NCBI GenBank assembly: GCA_945788685.1
Contig: CALZMZ010000002.1
Coordinates: forward strand, 1 to 55,742
Length of the DNA: 55,742 nucleotides
Reading direction: 5' to 3'
Source of the DNA: Thermodesulfovibrionia bacterium
Lineage (GTDB): Bacteria > Nitrospirota > Thermodesulfovibrionia > UBA6902
A program made the translations under genes and the position numbers. A model generated the notes under the pieces. It worked only from the letters and a program-made list of their open reading frames with translations. It searched no databases and was not told where the DNA came from. Shown piece after piece: positions 19,692 to 28,643 of this stretch. The first letter of the stretch is position 1. Every line of letters starts with the position of its first letter.

Positions 19692-20757
19692 CGGACTGTA
19701 CCTCCTTGCTTGATACATTGGATTTAGGGATGTTATGGGATTGTATCTTATTTTCAATTTCCTGTAAACGCTTTATATATTCAGGCAGTCTGTTCACTAT
19801 GCTCTGGGATCTTAACCACCTGGTGTGAGGAATAGCAGGTCTGCCCGCGTACACCCGGCCCTCCGGGATATCACCGGCGATCCCTGACCCTGCTGCTACC
19901 ACAGCACCTGTTCCTATGGAAACATGATCTTTCACACCAACTTTACCTGCAAGGATAACATTGTCACCTATCACCACACTGCCGCTTATACCCACCTGTG
20001 AGACGATAATACAGTTTTTACCGATAGAAACATTATGGGCAATCTGGACCTGATTGTCGATTTTTGTACCTCTTCCAATTACCGTGTTCCCTGTTGCTCC
20101 CCTGTCGATCGATACATTGGAACCTATCTCAACATTTTCTTCAATAATAACTCCGCCTATCTGGGGGATTTTGTAATGCTCACCCTTTTCCAGAGCATAG
20201 CCGAATCCATCAGATCCTATTACTGTTCCGGAATGAACAATCACGTTTCTTCCTATAAATACTTTTTCCAGGATCGAAACATTGGAATGAATTACGGAAT
20301 CACTGTTAATTGATACCCCACTGGCAATATATGCTCCAGGATAGATAGTTACCCGGTCTCCCAATCGTACATTATCACCAATGTACGCAAAGGGGTATAT
20401 TGAAATATCATTGCCGAAATTGACATTATATCCTACTTCAGCCCTTCCGCTTATACCTGCTGCCGGATGAGGTTTTGAATACATTTTTTCCAGCACCTTT
20501 GCAAAAGCATATTGAGGATTACTTACGATTACTATATTGATTGAATCATCTCTGTTTTTCAGAATCTCTGCAAAACGTTTGTCAGTGATAATTGCAGAGG
20601 CCTTTGTTACAGATGAGTCGGGCAGACTTTTTTTATCGGACAGGAAAGTTATCTCACCCTGCAGAGCGTCTTTTATACCGGTAGCCCCGGTTATTTCGAT
20701 ATAACCGTCACCGATTATTTTGCCGTCAATGAGTTTAGCCAGCTCATGTAGTTTCAT
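19675..20757 (-). CDS. lpxD: UDP-3-O-acylglucosamine N-acyltransferase
   Basis: [13 protein letters not shown]-terminus and long hexapeptide-repeat region. Classic skp-lpxD-fabZ-lpxA order. Confidence 0.93.
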   Translation of the reverse strand: MKLHELAKLIDGKIIGDGYIEITGATGIKDALQGEITFLSDKKSLPDSSVTKASAIITDKRFAEILKNRDDSINIVIVSNPQYAFAKVLEKMYSKPHPAAGISGRAEVGYNVNFGNDISIYPFAYIGDNVRLGDRVTIYPGAYIASGVSINSDSVIHSNVSILEKVFIGRNVIVHSGTVIGSDGFGYALEKGEHYKIPQIGGVIIEENVEIGSNVSIDRGATGNTVIGRGTKIDNQVQIAHNVSIGKNCIIVSQVGISGSVVIGDNVILAGKVGVKDHVSIGTGAVVAAGSGIAGDIPEGRVYAGRPAIPHTRWLRSQSIVNRLPEYIKRLQEIENKIQSHNIPKSNVSSKEVQSDDEQH

Positions 20758-20836
20758 TATAGGGGCCTGTTTCAGAGGCTGCGTATGACCTGTTTAATTA
20801 ATAGAATTCCTCGCAGCTCTACTGCGGGTTGTTCAG

Positions 20837-21367
20837 TTACTTCTTAGCCGGAGCAGCTTTTTTTGATGCACTATTAAATTTCTTTATTACAAGATCTGTC
20901 AGATCTTCCTTTTCAGCAAAGTAAACAAGGCCGGCAGAGAATTTTTCAAATATCGCAGTGTATCCCTTTTCCCGGGCTATGTCACTTACCGTTAATCTGA
21001 TATCATTTACAATTTCACTCATGAATTCGTCCTGCTTTTTCTTGACCTCATCCTGAGAATCCTGGACCATTCTCTGGTATTGCTTTGTCAGTTTATCACG
21101 CTCGTTCTGTTTTTCTTTGATAGCCTGGGGGTTTAAGACAGAGGACTGTTTTGCTATTTCCATGTCCAGCTCCTTGATTTTACTCTCTTTATCAGCAATT
21201 GCTGACTGTTTAGCCTGGACCATGCCCTCGAGAACACCAACGGCTTTTATTCCTCTGTCAGACTCATTTAGCGCCCTGTTCATATCAACAAACCCGATCT
21301 TTACATCTGCTGCATGCGCACTCACAACAAAAAACAATGTAATAGCTATAAAAAAAACTTTCTTCAT
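20837..21367 (-). CDS. skp: Periplasmic chaperone Skp/OmpH
   Basis: Signal peptide, KIGFVDMNRAL start of the mature protein and a coiled-coil K/E/Q-rich body. Lies downstream of bamA. Confidence 0.85.
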   Translation of the reverse strand: MKKVFFIAITLFFVVSAHAADVKIGFVDMNRALNESDRGIKAVGVLEGMVQAKQSAIADKESKIKELDMEIAKQSSVLNPQAIKEKQNERDKLTKQYQRMVQDSQDEVKKKQDEFMSEIVNDIRLTVSDIAREKGYTAIFEKFSAGLVYFAEKEDLTDLVIKKFNSASKKAAPAKK

Positions 21368-21452
21368 GAAGCCTCCCGTAATATTAATTAATTATCAAGA
21401 TACATAATACATTATTTATGCATTTTGATGCATCTGATTTTACTATGAAAAT

Positions 21453-23756
21453 CTAAAAAAGTCCTCCCATTGAGAACTCAATTCTGCTTGACTTCTCATC
21501 CTTTCTGGCATCGAGGTTAAAACCCCATTCCAGCCTTATGGGTCCGAATGGAGAGAACCATCTTGCTCCGAATCCCGCAGTACTTCTCAGGTCATTTGCT
21601 GAAATGTCGTTATCGGTATCAAAAGCACCTCCATAATCATAAAAAAAGACCCCTTTAAGACCTGCTTCCTTTGCGATCGGAAAAATCAGTTCAGCATTCA
21701 GGATCGCCTCCAGGTCACCGCCTATTATTTCATCATTCTCATTTCTGGGTCCTCCTTCTCCGAATCCGAGACCTCTGATTGTGTTGATCCCGCCAACATA
21801 AAACCTTTCATATAACGGAAGTTTCTCATCATTGTAACCGGTAGCATAACCCAGTCTGCCGCGAATACTGAATACCGTCTTCCAGAATAACGGGTAAAAT
21901 GATACTGAATCTATAACAGACCGCACAAAGTAATTATCTCCTCCCAATCCGGCAATTGTTGTGTAAAAGGCAGTCCGTCTTCCTGTTGAAGGATCAATAT
22001 AATTGTCACGGGTATCTTTCCATATGGAAGGACTTATACTGCTGGTGAGTCTTTTCCCTTCCTGTTCTTTGATTATTATGGAGGCACCCTCAGATAAATC
22101 TGTTATATTTGCTTCTTCAATACTGTATGAGATTCTTCCTCCTACGTATTCAGAAAATTCTTTTCCAAATCCGATATATCCACCGGTGGCTCTTTTGTCA
22201 TAATCCGGATATTCAGTACTGTCATTATATACACCTATTGAAGCTGATATAGGTCTGTCCATAAACCAGGGGTCCCTGAAAGACAGGTTATAGTTTGTTC
22301 TGCGGCCACTGTGGTCAGCCTTCAACTTGATCTGGTATCCCTTACCAAATAAATTTGATTGTGATATTTCACCCATTATCATGAAACTGTCTATTGAACT
22401 GTAGCCGCCGCCAAAACTTAACATGCCTGTTAATTTTTCTTTTACTCTGATCTCCATATCAATGAAATGATCTTCCGGACGAGGTATTGGATTAATATCT
22501 ACTGATTCAAAATAGTTCAGGTTATTAAGTCGCTGATAACTTCTTTTTAAGAGGTTTTTATTAAATGTATCACCTTCATCAAGTCTCATTTCTCTCCGGA
22601 TTACCTTGTCCCGGGTTTTTGTATTGCCTGAAATATTAATTCTGCCTACACTGAAAATCTCGCCTTCAGTCACAGATAGGGTAATGGAAACTGTTTTTTC
22701 CTTTGGGTTAATGTTTATTACAGGATTTACATCTGCGCGTGCATAGCCTTTATCCATATATTTATCTATGATACTGTCGATGTCAGACCTCAGTGCAGTT
22801 CTATTAAATATCTGTCCGGCCGAGATCGTAATGAGTGCAAAGAGTTCATCTGTTGTATACACAGTGTTGCCCTGGATTTTAATATCTTCAACATTATACC
22901 GGTCTCCTTCAGACAGGGACATTTTTAAATAGAGTTTTTTTCTGTCAGGACTCAATTTGATCTCTGGTTCGGACATTGCAACATAAATATAGCCTTCACT
23001 GTGGTAAAGCCGCCTTATACGTTCCATATCTTCAGCAATCTGATCTTTCTTGTAAATACCGGAGCCTGTCATAAAAGAAAGGAACCATCGTTTTTTTGTC
23101 TTCATGGCCTTCATGACTCTTTCATCAGGAATGGCATTGTTGCCTTCAATCTCTATGCCCCTGATGACTACTTTCGGTCCTTCATCGATCCGGTATGTCA
23201 GGGCAACGGCATCTTCAGTTACGTCCCTTACGATCGGAACGACCGATATCAGCCAGTATCCCTCAGACTGGTAAAAAGAGATAATATTCTGCACATTGTC
23301 GAGTATGAGGGACATGTTAGACACAGCTCCGGCAGTGATGGTGATATTTTCCCTGAGTTTTTCAGTTTCTATTTCATCATTACCCTGAAAATCAATACTT
23401 GTAACAGTAGGTTTTTCAATGAAGATGAAAAAGAGTTTGACCCCGCCTTCATAAGACTCGATCTCTATCCTTATATCTTCGAAATATCCGATTTTATAAA
23501 GGTTTTTGATGTCTTCCTTTACAGCGTCCCTGGAAAAGACCGACCCCTCAGTACTTCTTATTTTCGAAAGTATGGTGGCAGTGCTGATCTTATCATTGCC
23601 TTTTATCTCCAGCGCTTTGATAGTCGGTATTGGTTCAGCCTGTGTTTCAATATCGCCGGCAATTAAAAAAAAGAAAGATAATAATACAGTTGTGAATAAG
23701 CACAGTATTTTTTTGCGCTTTACTGGCTTGTTTCTGAACATGTAAGGTTTTGTCAA
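21453..23756 (-). CDS. bamA: Outer-membrane protein assembly factor BamA
   Basis: 767 aa with POTRA repeats and a C-terminal beta-barrel ending FSMGGLF. TTG start with AGGAG 6 nt upstream; ATG 23741 is an alternative. Confidence 0.95.
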   Translation of the reverse strand: MTKPYMFRNKPVKRKKILCLFTTVLLSFFFLIAGDIETQAEPIPTIKALEIKGNDKISTATILSKIRSTEGSVFSRDAVKEDIKNLYKIGYFEDIRIEIESYEGGVKLFFIFIEKPTVTSIDFQGNDEIETEKLRENITITAGAVSNMSLILDNVQNIISFYQSEGYWLISVVPIVRDVTEDAVALTYRIDEGPKVVIRGIEIEGNNAIPDERVMKAMKTKKRWFLSFMTGSGIYKKDQIAEDMERIRRLYHSEGYIYVAMSEPEIKLSPDRKKLYLKMSLSEGDRYNVEDIKIQGNTVYTTDELFALITISAGQIFNRTALRSDIDSIIDKYMDKGYARADVNPVININPKEKTVSITLSVTEGEIFSVGRINISGNTKTRDKVIRREMRLDEGDTFNKNLLKRSYQRLNNLNYFESVDINPIPRPEDHFIDMEIRVKEKLTGMLSFGGGYSSIDSFMIMGEISQSNLFGKGYQIKLKADHSGRRTNYNLSFRDPWFMDRPISASIGVYNDSTEYPDYDKRATGGYIGFGKEFSEYVGGRISYSIEEANITDLSEGASIIIKEQEGKRLTSSISPSIWKDTRDNYIDPSTGRRTAFYTTIAGLGGDNYFVRSVIDSVSFYPLFWKTVFSIRGRLGYATGYNDEKLPLYERFYVGGINTIRGLGFGEGGPRNENDEIIGGDLEAILNAELIFPIAKEAGLKGVFFYDYGGAFDTDNDISANDLRSTAGFGARWFSPFGPIRLEWGFNLDARKDEKSSRIEFSMGGLF

Positions 23757-23795
23757 ACAAAGCTCCTGAGGAAAAAATTAAGTCGTAGTATAGCA

Positions 23796-23996
23796 CTAAC
23801 CCGCATTATTCACAAATAATTGAGCCAGGAATATAAGTCTTAAAAAAGTTTTGAATACGGCACGATGCAATGAAATATGACCATTCTGTGACGTTGATCA
23901 ACAGATAAAGTGAATTCTGGTGATCTTCTGCTATAGCCGCTCCCAAAACTTTTTTTAAGGCTTACATCCGTGACCGTGTGAATAATGTGGGCTAAG
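23796..23996. repeat. ~200-nt long-hairpin element, copy 2 (inverted relative to copy 1)
   Basis: Its reverse complement aligns with 13177..13379. Identical blocks include the 28-mer ATTGCATCGTGCCGTATTCAAAACTTTT (13302-13329 = rc of 23844-23871) and the 22-mer AAAAAAAGTTTTGGGAGCGGCT (13217-13238 = rc of 23935-23956). Confidence 0.75.
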
Positions 23997-24128
23997 TCAG
24001 TTTTAAAATACAATGAATGTATTATTACTGACCAGTGTCTGACATGCATAATTATCACCATGATAATTATGGTAAAATACTAAACTTAATTCAGGAAAAC
24101 TATGTAAAATGAGCCTTGGAGGAAGCAC

Positions 24129-26621
24129 GTGGAAGAGAAATATAAAGCGCGTAACATAGAAGAGAAATGGCAGGAATACTGGGACGGAAAGGGACTGTTT
24201 TCAGTAGATGAAAAAGTTGATCTGCCCAAATTTTACTGCCTTGAGATGTTTCCTTATCCATCAGGAAAAATCCATATGGGCCATGTGCGGAACTATGTGA
24301 TAGGTGATGTGATCACCCGGTATAAGAAAATGTGCGGATTCAACGTACTTCATCCAATGGGTTGGGACGCCTTTGGCATGCCTGCGGAAAACGCGGCCAT
24401 TAAACATGGTCTGCACCCGTCAAAATGGACTTATGACAATATAGATTACATGAGGCAGCAGCTAAAGAAGCTGGGCCTTGGTTATGACTGGCAGAGAGAG
24501 GTTGCAACCTGCAACCCCGGGTATTACCGATGGAACCAGTGGTTTTTTATTAAAATGCTTGAAAAGGGCCTGGCTTATAAAAAATCATCCTCTGTAAACT
24601 GGTGCCCGTCATGCGAAACCGTGCTGGCCAATGAACAGGTCGTTGATGACGGATGCTGGAGATGTGACACTGCTGTGACTCAGAAAGAGCTTGAGCAATG
24701 GTTTTTCAGGATAACTGATTACGCGGAAGAACTGCTCAAGGATGCAGACACGTTGACAGGCTGGCCTGAAAAAGTCGTTACCATGCAGCGCAACTGGATC
24801 GGTCGCAGCGAAGGAGTGGAAGTTGATTTTAAAATTTCAGGTACAGATAAAAATATGCGTATTTTTACCACGAGGCAGGACACGCTTTATGGCGCAACGT
24901 TTATGAGTATTGCCAGGACACATCCGCTGGTGACCGATCTTGTAAAGGATGAGACGATACTGAAGGCTATCGGATCACTTTCTGATGACCCTGAAGAAAA
25001 AGAAGGTGTCTTTACAGGATTTCATGCTGTTAACCCGCTTACCGGGAAAGAGATACCGATTTATGTTGCCAATTTTGTCTTAATGGAGTATGGAACGGGC
25101 GCTGTAATGGCAGTCCCTGCACATGACCAGAGGGATTTTGAATTTGCAAAGAAATATGATTTACCAATTGAGGTTGTTATCGTTCCTGATGATGCATCTG
25201 CAGAGGATGAAGGGGCAGGGCTTGTCCCTGCCCGTCTTCCTGTTCAAGGGCAGGGACAAGCCCTGCCCCTGCAGCAGGCGTTTGAAAACTATGGTGTTCT
25301 GGTGGAATCAGCTCAATTCTCGGGCCTTTCCAGCAAAGAGGCGAGAGTGGAGATCGCTGATTACCTTGAAAAAGAAGGCATGGGTAAAAAGGTTGTAAAT
25401 TATAAGCTCAGGGACTGGGGGATCTCACGTCAGAGGTACTGGGGTACTCCGATACCTGTTGTCTATTGTCAGTCCTGTGGAACTGTACCGGTACCGGAGA
25501 AAGACCTGCCTGTTATACTCCCTGAAAATGCGGTCCTGACCGGCGCCGGCTCATCGCCTCTGGCAGAGCTTAAGGAATTTGTTGAAACGGTCTGTCCAAA
25601 ATGCGGAAAACAGGCCAGAAGAGACACAGACACGATGGATACGTTTGTTGATTCTTCATGGTATTTTCTCAGATACTGCTCTCCCAGGTCTGAGACCGGC
25701 CCTGTTGATTCCCAGGCTGTTGATTACTGGATGGCAGTTGACCAGTACATCGGCGGAATCGAACATGCTGTTCTTCATCTCCTTTATTCCAGGTTTTTTA
25801 CAAAGGTGGTCAGGGACATAGGCCTGGCCCGGATTGATGAACCTTTCAAAAGCCTTCTGACGCAGGGAATGGTCATAAAGGACGGTGCCAAGATGTCCAA
25901 GTCAAAAGGCAACGTTGTTGACCCTGATTTTCTGGTCAATAAATACGGTACAGATACTGTAAGGATATTCTGCATGTTTGCAGCCCCGCCTGAAAGGGAC
26001 CTTGAGTGGTCGGACCAGGGAGTTGACGGAGCTTACAGGTTTTTAAACCGTATTTGGACATTTGTTTACAAACATCTTGATGTGCTCAGTACTGATATCT
26101 CTCATGAGTTAAATGACATATCCGGGCTGTCACCATCTGCTTCACAGTTATTACGTAAGACGCATCAAACGATAAAAAAGGTCACTACAAGCATAGAACG
26201 TGATTATCATTTCAATACATCCATAGCAGCTCTGATGGAACTGATCAATGAAATGCTGTCCTTTAACTCATCAGATAATGAAGATGTTCTCAGGTTCAGT
26301 GTCCGGCAGATGATACTTCTGATATCCCCGTTTGCTCCGCATGTTTCCGAAGAGCTGTGGAAAGAGACCGCGGGAAAGGGAGGTGTTTTTGATCAGGCCT
26401 GGCCGGAATGGAATGAAGACATTGCAAAGGAGGACGAGATAGAACTGGTAGTGCAGGTAAACAGCAAAGTCAGGGCAAAGATGAAGATCCCTGCAGGTAT
26501 GGATGATGACTCTATTAAGGAAAAGGCATTTGCTGACGCAAAAGTGCAGGAGTATATACAGGACAAACCTCTCAAAAAGGTGATTGTTGTCAAGAGTAAA
26601 CTGGTCAATATTGTAATATAA
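24129..26621 (+). CDS. leuS: Leucyl-tRNA synthetase
   Basis: 830 aa. Class I HMGH and KMSKS motifs and a CP1 editing domain. GTG start. leuS-lptE-holA synteny. Confidence 0.97.
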   Translation: MEEKYKARNIEEKWQEYWDGKGLFSVDEKVDLPKFYCLEMFPYPSGKIHMGHVRNYVIGDVITRYKKMCGFNVLHPMGWDAFGMPAENAAIKHGLHPSKWTYDNIDYMRQQLKKLGLGYDWQREVATCNPGYYRWNQWFFIKMLEKGLAYKKSSSVNWCPSCETVLANEQVVDDGCWRCDTAVTQKELEQWFFRITDYAEELLKDADTLTGWPEKVVTMQRNWIGRSEGVEVDFKISGTDKNMRIFTTRQDTLYGATFMSIARTHPLVTDLVKDETILKAIGSLSDDPEEKEGVFTGFHAVNPLTGKEIPIYVANFVLMEYGTGAVMAVPAHDQRDFEFAKKYDLPIEVVIVPDDASAEDEGAGLVPARLPVQGQGQALPLQQAFENYGVLVESAQFSGLSSKEARVEIADYLEKEGMGKKVVNYKLRDWGISRQRYWGTPIPVVYCQSCGTVPVPEKDLPVILPENAVLTGAGSSPLAELKEFVETVCPKCGKQARRDTDTMDTFVDSSWYFLRYCSPRSETGPVDSQAVDYWMAVDQYIGGIEHAVLHLLYSRFFTKVVRDIGLARIDEPFKSLLTQGMVIKDGAKMSKSKGNVVDPDFLVNKYGTDTVRIFCMFAAPPERDLEWSDQGVDGAYRFLNRIWTFVYKHLDVLSTDISHELNDISGLSPSASQLLRKTHQTIKKVTTSIERDYHFNTSIAALMELINEMLSFNSSDNEDVLRFSVRQMILLISPFAPHVSEELWKETAGKGGVFDQAWPEWNEDIAKEDEIELVVQVNSKVRAKMKIPAGMDDDSIKEKAFADAKVQEYIQDKPLKKVIVVKSKLVNIVI
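25212..25269. repeat. 58-nt GC-rich nested palindrome inserted in frame in leuS
   Basis: GGGGCAGGGCTTGTCCCTGCCC (25212-25233) is the exact reverse complement of GGGCAGGGACAAGCCCTGCCCC (25248-25269). Each arm is itself a hairpin. 40 of 58 nt are G/C in an AT-rich gene. Confidence 0.9.
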
Positions 26622-26625
26622 GTGG

Positions 26626-26870
26626 GAAGTAAGAAGTAAGAAGTAAGACATAAGAAGTAAGACATAAGACATAAGAACACTGGATTCCCGATAAAGACCT
26701 CGGGAATGACAAATAAAAAACATTTACATGAGCATTAGAAGTAAGTAATTGATAGTGGTAAATTGAAAATGAGACATAATAAATGCAAAGCGGCAAATCG
26801 GAAATCTGAAAGTAGAAAGTTAGTTTTTTTTTACTTCTTACTTCTTAGTTCTTACTTCTTACTTCTCAGT
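26626..26870. repeat. Inverted pair of tandem 7-nt units (GTAAGAA/ATAAGAC x7 ... TTACTTC/TTAGTTC x5-6)
   Basis: Left arm 26626-26678 follows the leuS stop. Right arm 26831-26870 lies inside the 5' end of lptE. The ~150-nt interior contains a GTCATTCCCG-type hairpin (26682-26710). Confidence 0.85.
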
Positions 26871-27320
26871 TCCTGCGGTTATCATATGGTCGGTTCACGG
26901 CTGCTCTCTTTTGATTCGATCCACATCACGCACGTTGATAACAAGACGTATGAACCAAAGCTGGAAGAGAAACTTCATAATGCACTTTCTGAAGAGTTTG
27001 TCACACAGGGGATAAAGGCCGGGGGAGCATCTTCTGATGTGACTCTTGAAGCAGTTATAACCAGATTTGAATTAAGCGCGATCGGCACAATAGATGCATC
27101 TGTCAGGGAACAGGAGATAATTATGTTTGTCGATGTAAGGATTATTGACAGTGGAGATGTTACAGAGTTTAAATCAATTGGGTCTCCGATCAAGATAACA
27201 TTCGAAACAGCAGGCACAGTGCCCCAGGCTGTGGACCAGAGAGACAGGGCATCAATAAAGGCAAGCAGAGAGATCGCAAGGGACATAGTAAGCAGGATCA
27301 TCATAAATTATGCTAAATAA
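26769..27320 (+). CDS. lptE: LPS-assembly lipoprotein LptE
   Basis: Basic n-region, hydrophobic FFYFLLLSSYFLLLSS core and lipobox LSSC. Conserved position between leuS and holA. Confidence 0.75.
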   Translation: MRHNKCKAANRKSESRKLVFFYFLLLSSYFLLLSSCGYHMVGSRLLSFDSIHITHVDNKTYEPKLEEKLHNALSEEFVTQGIKAGGASSDVTLEAVITRFELSAIGTIDASVREQEIIMFVDVRIIDSGDVTEFKSIGSPIKITFETAGTVPQAVDQRDRASIKASREIARDIVSRIIINYAK

Positions 27321-28263
27321 AACTCTCCGCGGAGAAATTGACAAAGGGCTTCCCGGCCCTCTTTATTATCTATGGAGTGAAGAAAGCTGTTTTCTTGAGG
27401 ATGCCCTTTCTGCATATGTAGATGTGGTCATATCATCTCATCCGGCAGACTTTAATTATGATACGTTTGATGCTTCAGCCCCGGTCCAGGAGATAGTCAA
27501 TTCAGCATCGACCCTTCCGTTTATGGCTCCGAGGAGGCTGGTTGTAATAAAGGATTTTCAGGAATTCAAGGCCCCTGCAATAAAGACCCTGAGAAAATAT
27601 CTTGACGCACCCTCAGATACTACCTGTATGCTCATTCTGTCCAGGAAGGCGGCCCGGGCCACTTTAAAGGTGAAATGGAAATCCATCGGTCTGAATATAA
27701 AGGAATGGGAAATCCCTGCGTGGCTGAGACAGGCAGCAGCGACCAGGGGACTGAAGCTCAGCAATGATGCCGTTGATTATCTGATTGAATTTATAGGAAA
27801 TGAAATTGGCATGCTGTTGATGGAAGTTGAAAAGCTCGCTCTTTCAGGCAAGAAGACCATTACTGGTGAAGACATCACTGCTTCCACAGGTATGATGAGA
27901 AAGTACACGACCTTTGATCTCATAGATTCAATAATAGCCGGGCAGACGGCAAGGGCCTTCAGAATCTTAAAGACAATGTTCGGAGGAAGCTCAATGGAGG
28001 CGCCGGTCATACTTGGTACGCTAAACTGGCATTATAAACAGTTTTATTCACTCTGGCTTAATAAAGGGAAACGACCTGCAAGAATGAGAGAAAAGACCTT
28101 CAGGGGACTGAGCAGGTATTTGTCGTCCTACAATGAAGACAGTTTTTTCAATATTTTCAAACACCTTCATGAGGCAGATGTAGGGGTGAAGACCTCTGGA
28201 AGACCTGAACTTGTTATTGAGTTATTACTGATTAAGCTGCTTCAGAAGAGGAGATTGAATTGA
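27310..28263 (+). CDS. holA: DNA polymerase III subunit delta
   Basis: 317 aa with a PLYYLWSEE N-terminus and delta-subunit layout. 11-nt overlap with lptE. Confidence 0.85.
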   Translation: MLNKTLRGEIDKGLPGPLYYLWSEESCFLEDALSAYVDVVISSHPADFNYDTFDASAPVQEIVNSASTLPFMAPRRLVVIKDFQEFKAPAIKTLRKYLDAPSDTTCMLILSRKAARATLKVKWKSIGLNIKEWEIPAWLRQAAATRGLKLSNDAVDYLIEFIGNEIGMLLMEVEKLALSGKKTITGEDITASTGMMRKYTTFDLIDSIIAGQTARAFRILKTMFGGSSMEAPVILGTLNWHYKQFYSLWLNKGKRPARMREKTFRGLSRYLSSYNEDSFFNIFKHLHEADVGVKTSGRPELVIELLLIKLLQKRRLN

Positions 28264-28528
28264 CCATTCGGGAAAGACCGGAAACCCTTCTGGATGCGGT
28301 GTTCCTGTGGATGATTCCTTTTCCTGCTGCTTTGTCAATGGCTGATATGGCTTCTTTCAGTGCTGCCGAAGCACCTTCAATGTTCTTGCTTGCGACCTCT
28401 GCTGAAACTTTCTTGTACAGGGTCTTCAGTTTTGTCTTGACAGACCTGTTCTTGAGTTCCTGTGCTTCAGCCTGTCTGGCCCTCTTTATGGCAGACATGT
28501 TTTTCTTTAGAGCCGGTTGTGCTGGCAA
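28232..28528 (-). CDS. rpsT: 30S ribosomal protein S20
   Basis: SAIKRARQAEAQ..NRSVKTKLKT..AIDKAAGKGIIHRNTASRR is S20-like. TTG at 28528 with GGAGG 7 nt upstream; ATG 28498 is an alternative. The 3' end overlaps holA convergently. Confidence 0.88.
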   Translation of the reverse strand: MPAQPALKKNMSAIKRARQAEAQELKNRSVKTKLKTLYKKVSAEVASKNIEGASAALKEAISAIDKAAGKGIIHRNTASRRVSGLSRMVNSISSSEAA

Positions 28529-28643
28529 TGTATTACCTCCGTATAATTAAGTGCTTGTGTATATTGACGCATCAGGTGCATTGCCCTGATTGGCGAAAAC
28601 AAAGTATTTTTTAACATTTAAAAAGCAGGAAAGTCAAGCTGTT

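Noticed and set aside
18479-19757. The longer track ORFs for lpxA (317 aa) and fabZ (168 aa).
   Set aside because: The N-terminal extensions overlap the preceding gene and lack family similarity. The internal ATGs (19258, 19691) give canonical N-termini, and fabZ has a good RBS.
23840-24061. 73-aa minus-strand ORF upstream of bamA.
   Set aside because: It runs across hairpin-element copy 2. The homologous copy at 13.2 kb has stop codons in the equivalent frame, so the conservation is at the DNA/RNA level, not the protein level.
26271-26796. Three minus-strand ORFs (150, 95 and 63 aa) with low-complexity LLMSYFLLLTSY-type sequences.
   Set aside because: They are read straight through the GTAAGAA heptamer repeat and the 3' end of leuS. 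Their composition mirrors the repeat, and there is no RBS or independent support.
26626-26870. Possible CRISPR array, because of the many short direct repeats.
   Set aside because: The units are 7-8 nt and contiguous with no spacers. The two blocks are inverted relative to each other, and no cas genes are present. It is a tandem-heptamer inverted pair.
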